Positions 53,363 to 62,287 of a stretch of 64,000 nt of DNA are shown here, piece after piece. Position 1 is the stretch's first letter, and each line of letters starts with the position of its first letter. Made by a program: the position numbers and the translations under genes. Location of the stretch: positions 785,081 to 849,080 of the forward strand of contig CBDFJG010000003.1 of the NCBI GenBank assembly GCA_965248445.1, written 5' to 3'. The notes under the pieces were generated by a model, which saw only the letters and a program-made list of their open reading frames with translations, made no database searches and was not told the DNA's origin. This DNA is from Planctomycetota bacterium. GTDB lineage: Bacteria; Planctomycetota; JAJSAM01; JAJVHW01.

Positions 53363-55351
53363 CTAGGACCCGCGTCCGTCGGTCAGTCCGAGCTCCTTCG
53401 CGCGTTCGACGAGCGCCCCGAGCTTCTCCCGTGTCCCCTTGTCCGCGCCGGCCATCATCTTGGTGATGAGCGCGGCGATGGACAGGTTGCGCAGGTCGCC
53501 CGAGGAGATCCCCGAGATCAGCCGCTGCGCGTCGTCGGGGAGGCTGCGCTTGCCGTCGATGTAGTCGCCGAGCAACGCACGCCCCGTGTCGCTGTTCTGC
53601 GCCATCTCGTCGAGCGCCTTGCCGCCGGACACGGCGCCGAGGATGCGGTCGAAAAACTGGCCCTCGCCGCCGATGATGTCGATGTCCGCGCTCTCGAACG
53701 CCTTGCCGAGCGTCTCGGCCTGCGCCTCGGCGATCTTGCGGTTCGCATCGATCGCGGCGATCTCGACGTCCTTCTCCTTCTCGAGCTGGATGCGGAACTC
53801 CTCGTGCTCGCGGCCCACGCCGTCGAGCTTCTTCATCGCGTCGGCCTTCTCGGTGAGACCCGCCGCTTCTGCGGTGAGCTTCGCCTCGATGGCGATGGCT
53901 TCTGCGCGACCGGTCTTCTCGGTGGCGACGGCGTCCGCCTCGCGCACCTCGACGATCGCCAGTCCGGACGCGGCCTCTTCGGCCCGCACGCCCTCGGCGA
54001 GGCGGATCTTCGCCTGCGCCTCCTTCTCGGAGGCCTGCAGTTCGGCGTCAGCCAGCACGATGCGCTTCGTCGCATCGTGCCGGGCGGCCTGCTCGCTGGC
54101 GTCGGCGGCCCGGACCTCCTGGACGAGTTTCTCCTGCGCCGCGGCCTGGGCGCCGATCACGACCGCTTCCTTCAGCCGCTTCGCCTCTTCGACGACCCGC
54201 ACTTCCTTGATCGCCTCCTCCTCCACGGCGACGGCCCGTTCGACCTCGACGCGCTGGCGGATGACGTCCTGGATCTCCTTGCGCTCCACCTCGAGCGCCT
54301 TCTCCTTGAAGATCCGCTCGAGTTCAACCGCCTTCTCGCGGGAGATCGCCTCGAGGTCGCGGTCACGCTGCACCCGCTCGATCTCGATGCCGATCACGCG
54401 CTCGCGGTTCTTCTCGGCGACCTCGATCTGCCGGTGCTTGTTCTGGTCCTGAACGCCGAGATCCTCGGCGGTCTTGATCTGCGCCGTCTCGGCCTTCAGA
54501 TGCTCCTCGGCCTCCACGCGGGAGGTCTCCGCGGCCTCACGCGCCTGGACGGTCTTGATCTCGCGCTGCTGCTTGGCGAGCGCCTCCGCCTGGTTGCGTT
54601 CGAGCTCGTACACGGCTTCCGCGCGCTCGACGTCCTGCTTCTTGATCTGCTTGATCTCGTTGTTCGTGAACAGGTTCGTCGAGATGTGCTCGCGCGTGGT
54701 GAGGTCGGTGATCTTCCGGATGCCCTCGGCATCGAGGATGTTGTCACGGTCGAGCATCTCCAGCGGGGTCTGCTCGAGGTAGTCGATCGCGGCGTCGTCG
54801 AGCACGTACCCGTTCAGGTCGCGTCCGATGATCTCGATGATCTGGTCGCGGAACTCGTCGCGCCGGGTGTAGAGATCCACGAACTGCAGTTGCTTGCCGA
54901 CGGTCTTCAGTGCCTCGGAGAACTTCGCGATGAAGAGGTCTTCGAGAGTCTTCTGGTCCGAAGCACGCTTGCAACCGATCGACTGCGCGACCTTGAGGAC
55001 GTCCTCGGTGGTCTTGTTGACCCGCACGAAGAATGTGACCTTGATGTCAGCGCGGATGTTGTCCTCGCAGATCAGGCCTTCCTTGCCGCGACGGTCGAGT
55101 TCCATCGTCTTGACCGAGATGTCCATGACCTCGGCACGGTGGAAGACGGGCAGCACGTAGCGCCCGGTGAACGTCACGTCCGGCTCTTGCTTCATCGTGT
55201 TCACGATGAGCGCCTTGCCCTGGTCCACCTTCCGGTAGATGCGGGTGAAGAACACCATGAAGGCGAGCAACAGGAAGAAGAAGCCGACGACGACCGCGCC
55301 GATCGTCATCAGAGTTCCCATGTCAGCAGCCAGCAGGTTCAGGGTTTCCAT
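53363..55351 (-). CDS. Flotillin-family SPFH (band 7) protein, YqiK/FloT-like, 662 aa
   Basis: An N-terminal TM hairpin (MGTLMTIGAVVVGFFFLLLAFMVFF), an SPFH/PHB domain, and a long EA/EK-rich coiled-coil flotillin domain (repeated AE.A..A motifs). Confidence 0.85.
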   Translation of the reverse strand: METLNLLAADMGTLMTIGAVVVGFFFLLLAFMVFFTRIYRKVDQGKALIVNTMKQEPDVTFTGRYVLPVFHRAEVMDISVKTMELDRRGKEGLICEDNIRADIKVTFFVRVNKTTEDVLKVAQSIGCKRASDQKTLEDLFIAKFSEALKTVGKQLQFVDLYTRRDEFRDQIIEIIGRDLNGYVLDDAAIDYLEQTPLEMLDRDNILDAEGIRKITDLTTREHISTNLFTNNEIKQIKKQDVERAEAVYELERNQAEALAKQQREIKTVQAREAAETSRVEAEEHLKAETAQIKTAEDLGVQDQNKHRQIEVAEKNRERVIGIEIERVQRDRDLEAISREKAVELERIFKEKALEVERKEIQDVIRQRVEVERAVAVEEEAIKEVRVVEEAKRLKEAVVIGAQAAAQEKLVQEVRAADASEQAARHDATKRIVLADAELQASEKEAQAKIRLAEGVRAEEAASGLAIVEVREADAVATEKTGRAEAIAIEAKLTAEAAGLTEKADAMKKLDGVGREHEEFRIQLEKEKDVEIAAIDANRKIAEAQAETLGKAFESADIDIIGGEGQFFDRILGAVSGGKALDEMAQNSDTGRALLGDYIDGKRSLPDDAQRLISGISSGDLRNLSIAALITKMMAGADKGTREKLGALVERAKELGLTDGRGS

Positions 55352-55383
55352 GTTCCTCTTTCTCCTCGGGACCGGTCAGGTCC

Positions 55384-56097
55384 CTAGACGTCCTCTCCGA
55401 GCTCTTCAGCCGGCGCGATGTGAAATACCTCGTCGTCCGCGTCGTAGTCGCTGACGACGGCAGTCGATCCCCGTGCCAGATCGTTCTTCCGGGAACAGCG
55501 CACCTGCACGAGGTGAGGTGCGCCACCCGTGCCGACTTCGGCCTGGCCGAAGGTGGCGGTGACTCGTTGTGTGGTGATCGTGCACATGCGCCCGATCAGC
55601 TCCCGGCGGCGTTCCGCCAGGTGCGGTGTGAACAGCTTGCGCAGGGGGCGCACACACACGGCCGCCGGAGGGACGGCGAGCGCAAGCGCGCCGACGCCGA
55701 CCGCGATGGCGACCGGGATCTGCAGGCCCGTGCCGACTCGCGGCAGGATCCAGCCGCTGCTGAGCGCCGAGAACCCCCAGCTGAACAGCACCAGCAGACT
55801 GAACGCAATCGAGACCGGCACTCCCGCGAGGCCGAGCGCGCTGAGCATCCCGCCGTGATGGCCGCCGCCGTCGTGATCGTGGTCCAAGTCTGCGTCGGCG
55901 TCGATGTCCACGTCGATGTGGCCGTGGCCGTGCGGGATGTGCGCGCCGTCCACGTCCAAGTCCAGGTCCACGTCGTGGTGGCTGAAGATGTCGACGGCGC
56001 CCAGGAAGCCAAGGCACCAGTACAGGATCACGATGCCGAGCAGGACCGTGTAGACCACCGTCGGGATGGTCGTGATCGTGTCGAGAAAGGTGCCCAT
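55384..56097 (-). CDS. NfeD/YqiJ-like membrane protein with C-terminal OB-fold and a His/Asp-rich low-complexity insert
   Basis: The N-terminus has TM helices. An insert reads HHDVDLDLDVDGAHIPHGHGHIDVDIDADADLDHDHDGGGHHGG. The C-terminal beta-barrel (CTITTQRVTATFGQAEVGTGGAPHLVQVRCS...AVVSDYDADDEVFHIAP) is typical of NfeD partners of SPFH proteins. It lies immediately upstream of the flotillin gene. Confidence 0.7.
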   Translation of the reverse strand: MGTFLDTITTIPTVVYTVLLGIVILYWCLGFLGAVDIFSHHDVDLDLDVDGAHIPHGHGHIDVDIDADADLDHDHDGGGHHGGMLSALGLAGVPVSIAFSLLVLFSWGFSALSSGWILPRVGTGLQIPVAIAVGVGALALAVPPAAVCVRPLRKLFTPHLAERRRELIGRMCTITTQRVTATFGQAEVGTGGAPHLVQVRCSRKNDLARGSTAVVSDYDADDEVFHIAPAEELGEDV

Positions 56098-56408
56098 CTT
56101 CCCGCCGCTTCGTAGCCGAACGGATCGCCCCGAGCACTGCGTCTGCAGCGTGAGAACGACCCCACCTCATCGGGCAGGCGCACGTGTGTCGCGCAACCTC
56201 CCGTCCCGGTGTTCAGCCTACCAAGCAGCCTCCTCCCAGGTCGCGCCCCGTCTCCTGCACACTGCAGGTGCGTCGCAACCTCTCTACTCGCTGTAACCGC
56301 GCCCATATGCCCGGGTTCGGCGCGCTGCCGGCGAATCCGGGCCCGCCGCCGGGAGGAGCCTGGGCGGCGCGTGGCGTGTCGACGAATGCGACGGTTGCGC
56401 CCGCGCCG

Positions 56409-57341
56409 CTAGAAGCGGTGCACGACGACGAAGCTCCAGAAGAACTTCTCGTCACCGTCGCGTGTCTCGCCGAACGAGACGGCGATCAGGGTCAGCCCGG
56501 CGTTCGTGGAGCCCGCGACGGCGAACCCGCCGTTGAACTTGAACGCGCCCTTGAAGCTGCTGTTCTCAATCCGCATCTCGTCGTACATCGGACCGGTGTG
56601 CACCCGCAGGCCCTTCTCGAAGTGCGACGTCATGACGTCGATGTCGTCCTCGCCGTCCACGGTCGTCACCCGCACCGCGGCCTGGAAGGTGCATCCCCGC
56701 ACGGCCACCTCGTCCGCTCCGTCGCCGGTGTTCAGACTGATGGAAGCGAGGTGCGTGGCACCGTTCTGGGCCAACTCGACCCGGTCGTCGCCGGAACCCG
56801 TGCGGATCCGCGTGCGCGCATCGAGCGTGGAGGCCGCGATGCGCACGCTGTCGCTGCCGTCGCGCGCGAGGATCGTGAGTCGGCTCCTGAAGCGGGTGGC
56901 AGCGTCCACGTCGATCTCGTCGTCGCCCACGCCGGCGTCGATGCGCACCCGCGAGCGGAACACGCAGGTGTACAGGGTCAACCGGTCGTCACCGGTACCG
57001 AGGTCGATCGTGACGCCACGCCGCACCCGGACCGCGCCGAGGGCGACCACGTCGTCTCCGTGGCCCGCATCGATCTGCAGCTTGCGCACGCGGGGGAGTT
57101 CGACCACCAGCTGGCCGTTCACGGTCGTCTCGTTGCGGCCCGTGATGATCAGGGTTCCGCCGTCGCCACGCTCGAGCGCGACGTCGTTTGCGGAGTCGTC
57201 GCCGAGGATTCGCACGAGCCCGCGGTCGCCGGCCTCGACCTGCACGTCGCCTCCGGCGAACGCGGGCGCAGCGAGGGCTAGAACGGTGGCGGGCAGAAGG
57301 GCGGCGAGCAGGTGGCGGCCGAAGAGTCTGACGGGGCGCAT
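56409..57341 (-). CDS. Secreted tandem-repeat protein (beta-helix/beta-roll-like G-x-G-D-D repeats)
   Basis: A signal peptide (MRPVRLFGRHLLAALLPATVLALAAPAFAGG) is followed by ~9 repeats of ~22-25 aa containing [DN]xGxGDD[RE]ψ (DAGHGDDVV, DLGTGDDRL, DAGVGDDEI, RTGSGDDRV, NTGDGADEV, VDGEDDIDV). Confidence 0.5.
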   Translation of the reverse strand: MRPVRLFGRHLLAALLPATVLALAAPAFAGGDVQVEAGDRGLVRILGDDSANDVALERGDGGTLIITGRNETTVNGQLVVELPRVRKLQIDAGHGDDVVALGAVRVRRGVTIDLGTGDDRLTLYTCVFRSRVRIDAGVGDDEIDVDAATRFRSRLTILARDGSDSVRIAASTLDARTRIRTGSGDDRVELAQNGATHLASISLNTGDGADEVAVRGCTFQAAVRVTTVDGEDDIDVMTSHFEKGLRVHTGPMYDEMRIENSSFKGAFKFNGGFAVAGSTNAGLTLIAVSFGETRDGDEKFFWSFVVVHRF

Positions 57342-57464
57342 CTCGCCCCGATCCTAACAGGAACCGCTCGAGGGTCCGGGAGCGGCGCCTGACTACGGAG
57401 CCGTAGCGGTCATGCCGCAGTACTGCGCCGTCGGCGTGACCGATTGCCTCCCTCGATCGAGAGT

Positions 57465-57731
57465 CTACGCGTCCGTGCGGCGGCCCTTGCGGAACAGGCC
57501 CGCCACGAGGAACACGACTGCGGTGACGGCGGCGATCATCCCGTACTCCGTCAAGAGCGCCGCTACGTCATGATTCGCGACCGCGTAGGTGCGCGTGAAT
57601 GGAAGCCCGCGATCCAGGAACTCGGCGTAGCGGCAGACGTCATTCGTGTACTGGGCGACCGGCGGCACCATCGACGTGTGGAGGACGCCAACCGCGCCCG
57701 CGATGAGCACAACACGCTGCGGCTTGGTCAT
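57465..57731 (-). CDS. Small hypothetical membrane protein (~88 aa)
   Basis: An internal start at MTKPQRVVLIAGAVGVLH, with a C-terminal TM helix (MIAAVTAVVFLVAGLF). Weak call. Confidence 0.25.
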   Translation of the reverse strand: MTKPQRVVLIAGAVGVLHTSMVPPVAQYTNDVCRYAEFLDRGLPFTRTYAVANHDVAALLTEYGMIAAVTAVVFLVAGLFRKGRRTDA

Positions 57732-57750
57732 GTGCGACCCCTCCCCCATC

Positions 57751-58911
57751 TCACTCACCTTCCAGGAACCAGGAGACATCCGTTCGCAGCCACGCCGCGA
57801 CGCGCTCAGCCGCGATCCCGTGCGCGCGTCCGTTGGGGTGGTGATCCACCTCGTGCACGCGCAGTTCCCGCCAGTCGATTCCCTTGAACGCATCCGCCAG
57901 GTCCAGCACCGGCAGCCCGGCCTCTCGCGCCAGGCGCGACCACGTGTCGTGTGAACTCTGCAACGGATACACGCCGCCGGCTCGGGGCATCATCAGCGGG
58001 AAGAGCACGATCGCCACGTCGTCCGTGCCGCTCTCCGCGAGCTCTTCGAACGCCGACCGCGCGGCGGCGATCCCCTCGGGATTGACTCCCGGATCGTGCG
58101 CGTCCCGGTACGCCGCGAGCGTCTCGTCGGTGACCCGGCGCATCCGCCGCGCCGACACCGCCGCAGACGCCAGCGCCGAGGCGCGCGCCCACCAGGGGCG
58201 TGCGTCCTTTCCGTGGACGTACTCGGGGACGACCACGATCAGGTCGTACACCTTGTCCATGCGCGCCTCGAGCGAGGGGCCGAGCGGCATGTCGTTCACG
58301 ATCACCACCACCAGCGTCTTCGACGAATGGAACCGGTCGCGGATGAGGTCCGCGTTCTCGACGTGTCCGTCGATGTTCGCTCCCGGGCGGCCGCAGTTGA
58401 CGACCTCGTGACCGTCGCCGAGGAGAGCCTGCAGATGGGCGCTGAGCGTGCCGCCCCGCTGCACCCCGTTCCCGAACACGAACGAGTCCCCCACGACGGC
58501 GATGCGCTGCACACCGGCGGCCGGATAGGCCGAGGGCGCCTCTCCGCGGAGACCCTCCATCGGCACGGCGTAGTCCACGCACCAGGGCGTCTCGTCGAGT
58601 CTGTCGAGCGGGATCTCCTCGGGTTTGTCGAGCCAGCGGAACAGCCGGTGCTGCCCGGCGACGACCGGCGGAACCGGGCCGAACGCGCCGTCCGGATTGG
58701 TCGGGAAGCACTGATAGCGGACCGTGGGATCCGTCGTATCCAGGAGCATCCGTGAGCCAATCGCCGGAGCGCCGAGACCCCGCCCCACGCGGAACACGAC
58801 CTCCGCGACGAGGAGCGCCGCGATCAGCCCCCCCAGGACGGCGGCCACGCGGAACCCGCGCCTCGGTTTCGGCGTGTCCGCGTCGTCCGTCCGGCCGGGG
58901 TCGCTGCTCAC
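57751..58911 (-). CDS. SGNH/GDSL-family hydrolase with N-terminal membrane anchor
   Basis: GDS block IAVVGDSFVFGNG and a C-terminal DHHPN catalytic His block. The start is uncertain (a GTG near 58911 avoids overlap with the upstream gene). Confidence 0.6.
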   Translation of the reverse strand: MSSDPGRTDDADTPKPRRGFRVAAVLGGLIAALLVAEVVFRVGRGLGAPAIGSRMLLDTTDPTVRYQCFPTNPDGAFGPVPPVVAGQHRLFRWLDKPEEIPLDRLDETPWCVDYAVPMEGLRGEAPSAYPAAGVQRIAVVGDSFVFGNGVQRGGTLSAHLQALLGDGHEVVNCGRPGANIDGHVENADLIRDRFHSSKTLVVVIVNDMPLGPSLEARMDKVYDLIVVVPEYVHGKDARPWWARASALASAAVSARRMRRVTDETLAAYRDAHDPGVNPEGIAAARSAFEELAESGTDDVAIVLFPLMMPRAGGVYPLQSSHDTWSRLAREAGLPVLDLADAFKGIDWRELRVHEVDHHPNGRAHGIAAERVAAWLRTDVSWFLEGE

Positions 58912-58927
58912 GACGGCACAGGGTAGG

Positions 58928-61900
58928 TCAGCGCCGCGGCACGTCGAGCTGGAAGGACGCGAACTTCGGGTCGGGACCCCACGTCGCAATCCCGATGCGC
59001 GTCTGGCCCGCGATGGGCCGCACGGGGACGCGATCCAGCACGAGCGCCGTGCCGAGCCACACCGTCAAGCGGCGGTCGTGGTAGGTCAGCACCAGCTTCC
59101 GCGTCTCGGCCTCCGCGAGGTCCACCGGCGGGCACTGGTGGAACAGGCGCTGGTAGCGCTCGAGTTCGGCGCGCAGCACCTTCTTGCCGCCGGAGTGCAG
59201 GATCAGGTTCCAGCCGGAGAGGCCGTCGGTGCCGCCGTCGCCCTGGAACGTCACGAGCATCTTGGGCGCCTTGTCGATCGGCAGGACGAGGTCCATCGTC
59301 AGCCGGAACTCGTCGACGTCCTTGGTGAACTTGTCCTTGAGCCACATCAGGTTCGAGGGGTTGTCCTTCGTCACGCCCGGACGGACCGTGTACTTGCGCC
59401 ACGCGACCCTCTTGTCCGTGGCGGCGCCGGAGAGCAGCTTGTTCATCACGACGAAGCGGCCGGCCGCGACGTCGAGCTTCGAGGTGAACGACTTCTGCCG
59501 AAAGTCGTGCTTCGTGACCGGTTTCCACCGCTTCGGCGGATCCGGATGGAGCGGCACGGCCGGCGCCGCGTCGTCACTTGCGAGGGCGGGCAGCGGGCTG
59601 CCGTCCGGCTTGCACACCGCGACGCTGAATCCCGCGACACCGCCACCGTTCCTGACCCTGACGAGGATGCGGTTACGCCCTGCACGCAGCGTCCACGGCA
59701 GCCGCAGTCCGTCGGCGACCATCTTGTGCGGTCCCCGCCACCCGGCGCCGCGGCTCGAGTTGGTCCCCGGCCAGCGCAAGCCCTCGACCAGGTCGCCGTT
59801 CACGTAGAGCGTGACGTCGTCGTCCCCGCGCACGTGGAACGCAACGGGTGTCTCTTCTGGCACCGTCACGTGCGTCAGACCGTAGCTCGCCGTGTGATCC
59901 ATGTACGCGTACTTGACGTCGACCCACCCGGTCGAGCGGACGGACACTGGACCCGGGTCGGTCACCTTGCGCCACTTGCAGATGTTGCCCTTGCCGGGGT
60001 ACTCCGCCGCGAAGTCGATCTCGTCCTGCGGCGGGAAGATGCACGCGCCTGGATCGGTACCCTTCGTCGCGAACGGCCCGATCACGCGCCAATCGAAAAG
60101 GACGCCGAGCTCATCGCGGGCGATCGTGCGCGCCGCCTCGTGCTCCTCGCGCTCCGCTGCCTCGATCACCCGCCGCATGACAAGGTCGCGCTTCAGCGGC
60201 GAGTTCTCGAAGCCCTGCACGTCCTCCTCGGCCCACCTCACTGCCCGGTCACCGTCCGCGAACGCACTCATCTCGAGCCGGACAGCCTCCCGGTCGCTCT
60301 CGACCAGGGGCAGGCGGAACCTCACCAGGTCGTCGAAGGCGGCCTCGCCGAAGTGCCGCATCAGGTAGAAGGCCACCGCCCGCGCCACGTACGTCGTGCG
60401 GCCGTCGCGAACCGGAGCGTCCCGGTAGTCGCGGAAGAACCCGCGCAGCGGCTTCCAGTCGTGCCCGCTCTTCCGCTTTGCGTAGGTCCGGACGAAGTGC
60501 AGGAAGAAGCCGGCGCTCGGGCCGTAGTTCGGGATGCGCCAATACGCCAGATCTCGCGCGACGTAGTCCTTCTCGAAGTCGGACAGGTTCTTGTCGAAGC
60601 CGTGCAGGCTGTCCGAGGTCTGCCCAAGCGCCTCGAACGCGAAGACGGCCCCGACGTTGGCGAGTCCCTCGCGCCATCCGCCGAGAACCGGTTTGGTGTC
60701 GTCGATGCAGTGCGTCAGTTCGTGGTAGAGCAGGCCGGTGTCGAGACGGGAGCCGCGCCGCTCGGGATCCGCGTTCCCGATGTTGATCTGCTTCCCGCCG
60801 CCGGTCCCGCCGCTGAACTCCCACAGCTCCTTGAAGTACACGGTCACGCGGTCTCCGGCCGGGTTCGGGACGCGTCCGAACAGGTCGGTCAGGAACACGT
60901 ACGCGACGTCGAAGCGGCGCTTCGAGACGGCGGAGATGCTCTCGATCAGCGCGCGCGGCCCGATCAGAATGAACTCCTGCATGGGCAGCGTCGCCGTGCG
61001 GCCCCACGCCGGGTTGTCGACGACACCGCTCACGAGCGCCGCCTGATCCGGCGGCACGTCGGCGACCCACGTCTTGTCCAGGGTGGTCAGCAACTCCTCG
61101 GACTCGTCCCGCAGGTCCTTCTTCTCGCAGAAGCGGAGTTCCTGGAGCGCGCGGCGGGCGGGGGCGTAGCGCTTCTTCGTCAACCAGCCGCGCGCCGTGT
61201 CGAGGAGCTTCCGCGACTGGCCGCGCTTCTCGACGGCCGCATCCGCCTCGCTGATCTCCTCCTCGGTGATCTGCAACAGAAGCGTCTCACGGACGTCCCA
61301 CTTGTCCTTCTCGGCTCGCGCCGCCGCGTTCACAGCGCCGAGCACGGCCTTGTCGGCCTCCTCCTGCAACGAGCCGCCGATCGCGTCGATGATCGCGAGC
61401 GACGCGTGGTACTGCTTGCGGTCGAAGAACCGGCCGGACATCTGGCGCATGTAGCGGCGCTTCTCGTCGGCGATGCGTGCGTCCACGATGCGTTGCTCGA
61501 CCACCGAGACCGGTGGCGGCGCGAAGTCCCCCAGCGCAAGCATCGCGTCGCGGAAGAGGTACTTCTCCCCGTCCTCGACCGCGCGGCGGACACCCGCAGT
61601 GAGCGCGCGCCAGGCCATGCCCTTCTGCCCCGCCGTGGCAAGTCGCGATGCGGCGTCCAGAACCTCTTGCGCGCCTCCCTTCGACACAGCGTCGAGCGGA
61701 GGCAGGTCGATCAGCGCGACTGCCGCGAACCCCGACCTGTCCGGGAAGCCGTTCTGCGGCGGCTGCACCTTGCGCGTCTCCGGGTCCTGGAACCCGAGGT
61801 GCACCGTCAACTGTCGCGGCGGCTCGATCGCATCGCCGAGCGGCAGCGGCACCGGCACGGTGTAGGTGACCTTGGTCCCCTTCTTCCATGTGCGGGTCGG

Positions 61901-62224
61901 CGGCTCCGGTCCGTGGTCGAGAGTCAGCAGCCGCTTGCCGCGATGCCGCGCCCGCAGCGCGACTGTGTACGCCGCCGCGACGTCCTCGAGGGGCGTGAAC
62001 TCGAGAGTCAGCGTCGCCTGCGCCGTCGTCGCCGCGTCGCCGTCGTCCACCAGCACCCGCACGTCGATGGGCGCGGCCTCGTCCTGCGCCGAGGCGGCCA
62101 GGGGGCAACCGGCCGCAGCGACCAAGAAGAGCGCGAGTCCGAGTCTGCAGCGGAACACAGCCGGACGGTAACACCCGGGCGCGTCCCGAAGCGACCGTGC
62201 GCCGGGACGCACCCGACCCTTCAA
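58928..62224 (-). CDS. Large (1098 aa) secreted protein with a gluzincin-like HEXXH...E motif (putative MA-clan metallopeptidase) and C-terminal beta-rich domains
   Basis: Signal peptide (RPAVFRCRLGLALFLVAAAGCPLAASAQ). The sequence LLYHELTHCIDDTKPVLGGWREGLANVGAVFAFEALG fits HExxH followed by a downstream Glu. No match to a classic family is evident by eye. Confidence 0.55.
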   Translation of the reverse strand: MKGRVRPGARSLRDAPGCYRPAVFRCRLGLALFLVAAAGCPLAASAQDEAAPIDVRVLVDDGDAATTAQATLTLEFTPLEDVAAAYTVALRARHRGKRLLTLDHGPEPPTRTWKKGTKVTYTVPVPLPLGDAIEPPRQLTVHLGFQDPETRKVQPPQNGFPDRSGFAAVALIDLPPLDAVSKGGAQEVLDAASRLATAGQKGMAWRALTAGVRRAVEDGEKYLFRDAMLALGDFAPPPVSVVEQRIVDARIADEKRRYMRQMSGRFFDRKQYHASLAIIDAIGGSLQEEADKAVLGAVNAAARAEKDKWDVRETLLLQITEEEISEADAAVEKRGQSRKLLDTARGWLTKKRYAPARRALQELRFCEKKDLRDESEELLTTLDKTWVADVPPDQAALVSGVVDNPAWGRTATLPMQEFILIGPRALIESISAVSKRRFDVAYVFLTDLFGRVPNPAGDRVTVYFKELWEFSGGTGGGKQINIGNADPERRGSRLDTGLLYHELTHCIDDTKPVLGGWREGLANVGAVFAFEALGQTSDSLHGFDKNLSDFEKDYVARDLAYWRIPNYGPSAGFFLHFVRTYAKRKSGHDWKPLRGFFRDYRDAPVRDGRTTYVARAVAFYLMRHFGEAAFDDLVRFRLPLVESDREAVRLEMSAFADGDRAVRWAEEDVQGFENSPLKRDLVMRRVIEAAEREEHEAARTIARDELGVLFDWRVIGPFATKGTDPGACIFPPQDEIDFAAEYPGKGNICKWRKVTDPGPVSVRSTGWVDVKYAYMDHTASYGLTHVTVPEETPVAFHVRGDDDVTLYVNGDLVEGLRWPGTNSSRGAGWRGPHKMVADGLRLPWTLRAGRNRILVRVRNGGGVAGFSVAVCKPDGSPLPALASDDAAPAVPLHPDPPKRWKPVTKHDFRQKSFTSKLDVAAGRFVVMNKLLSGAATDKRVAWRKYTVRPGVTKDNPSNLMWLKDKFTKDVDEFRLTMDLVLPIDKAPKMLVTFQGDGGTDGLSGWNLILHSGGKKVLRAELERYQRLFHQCPPVDLAEAETRKLVLTYHDRRLTVWLGTALVLDRVPVRPIAGQTRIGIATWGPDPKFASFQLDVPRR

Positions 62225-62287
62225 ATTGAGGACGGTTCCCGCTATCTATGAGGCGGGGCTGCTGGTCGCACCTGGCGAGGAGGGAGC

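Noticed and set aside
56251-56265. Short inverted repeat CCTGCA-cac-TGCAGG upstream of the NfeD-like gene
   Set aside because: 6-bp arms in 70% GC DNA are expected by chance. It is noted only as a weak operator candidate.
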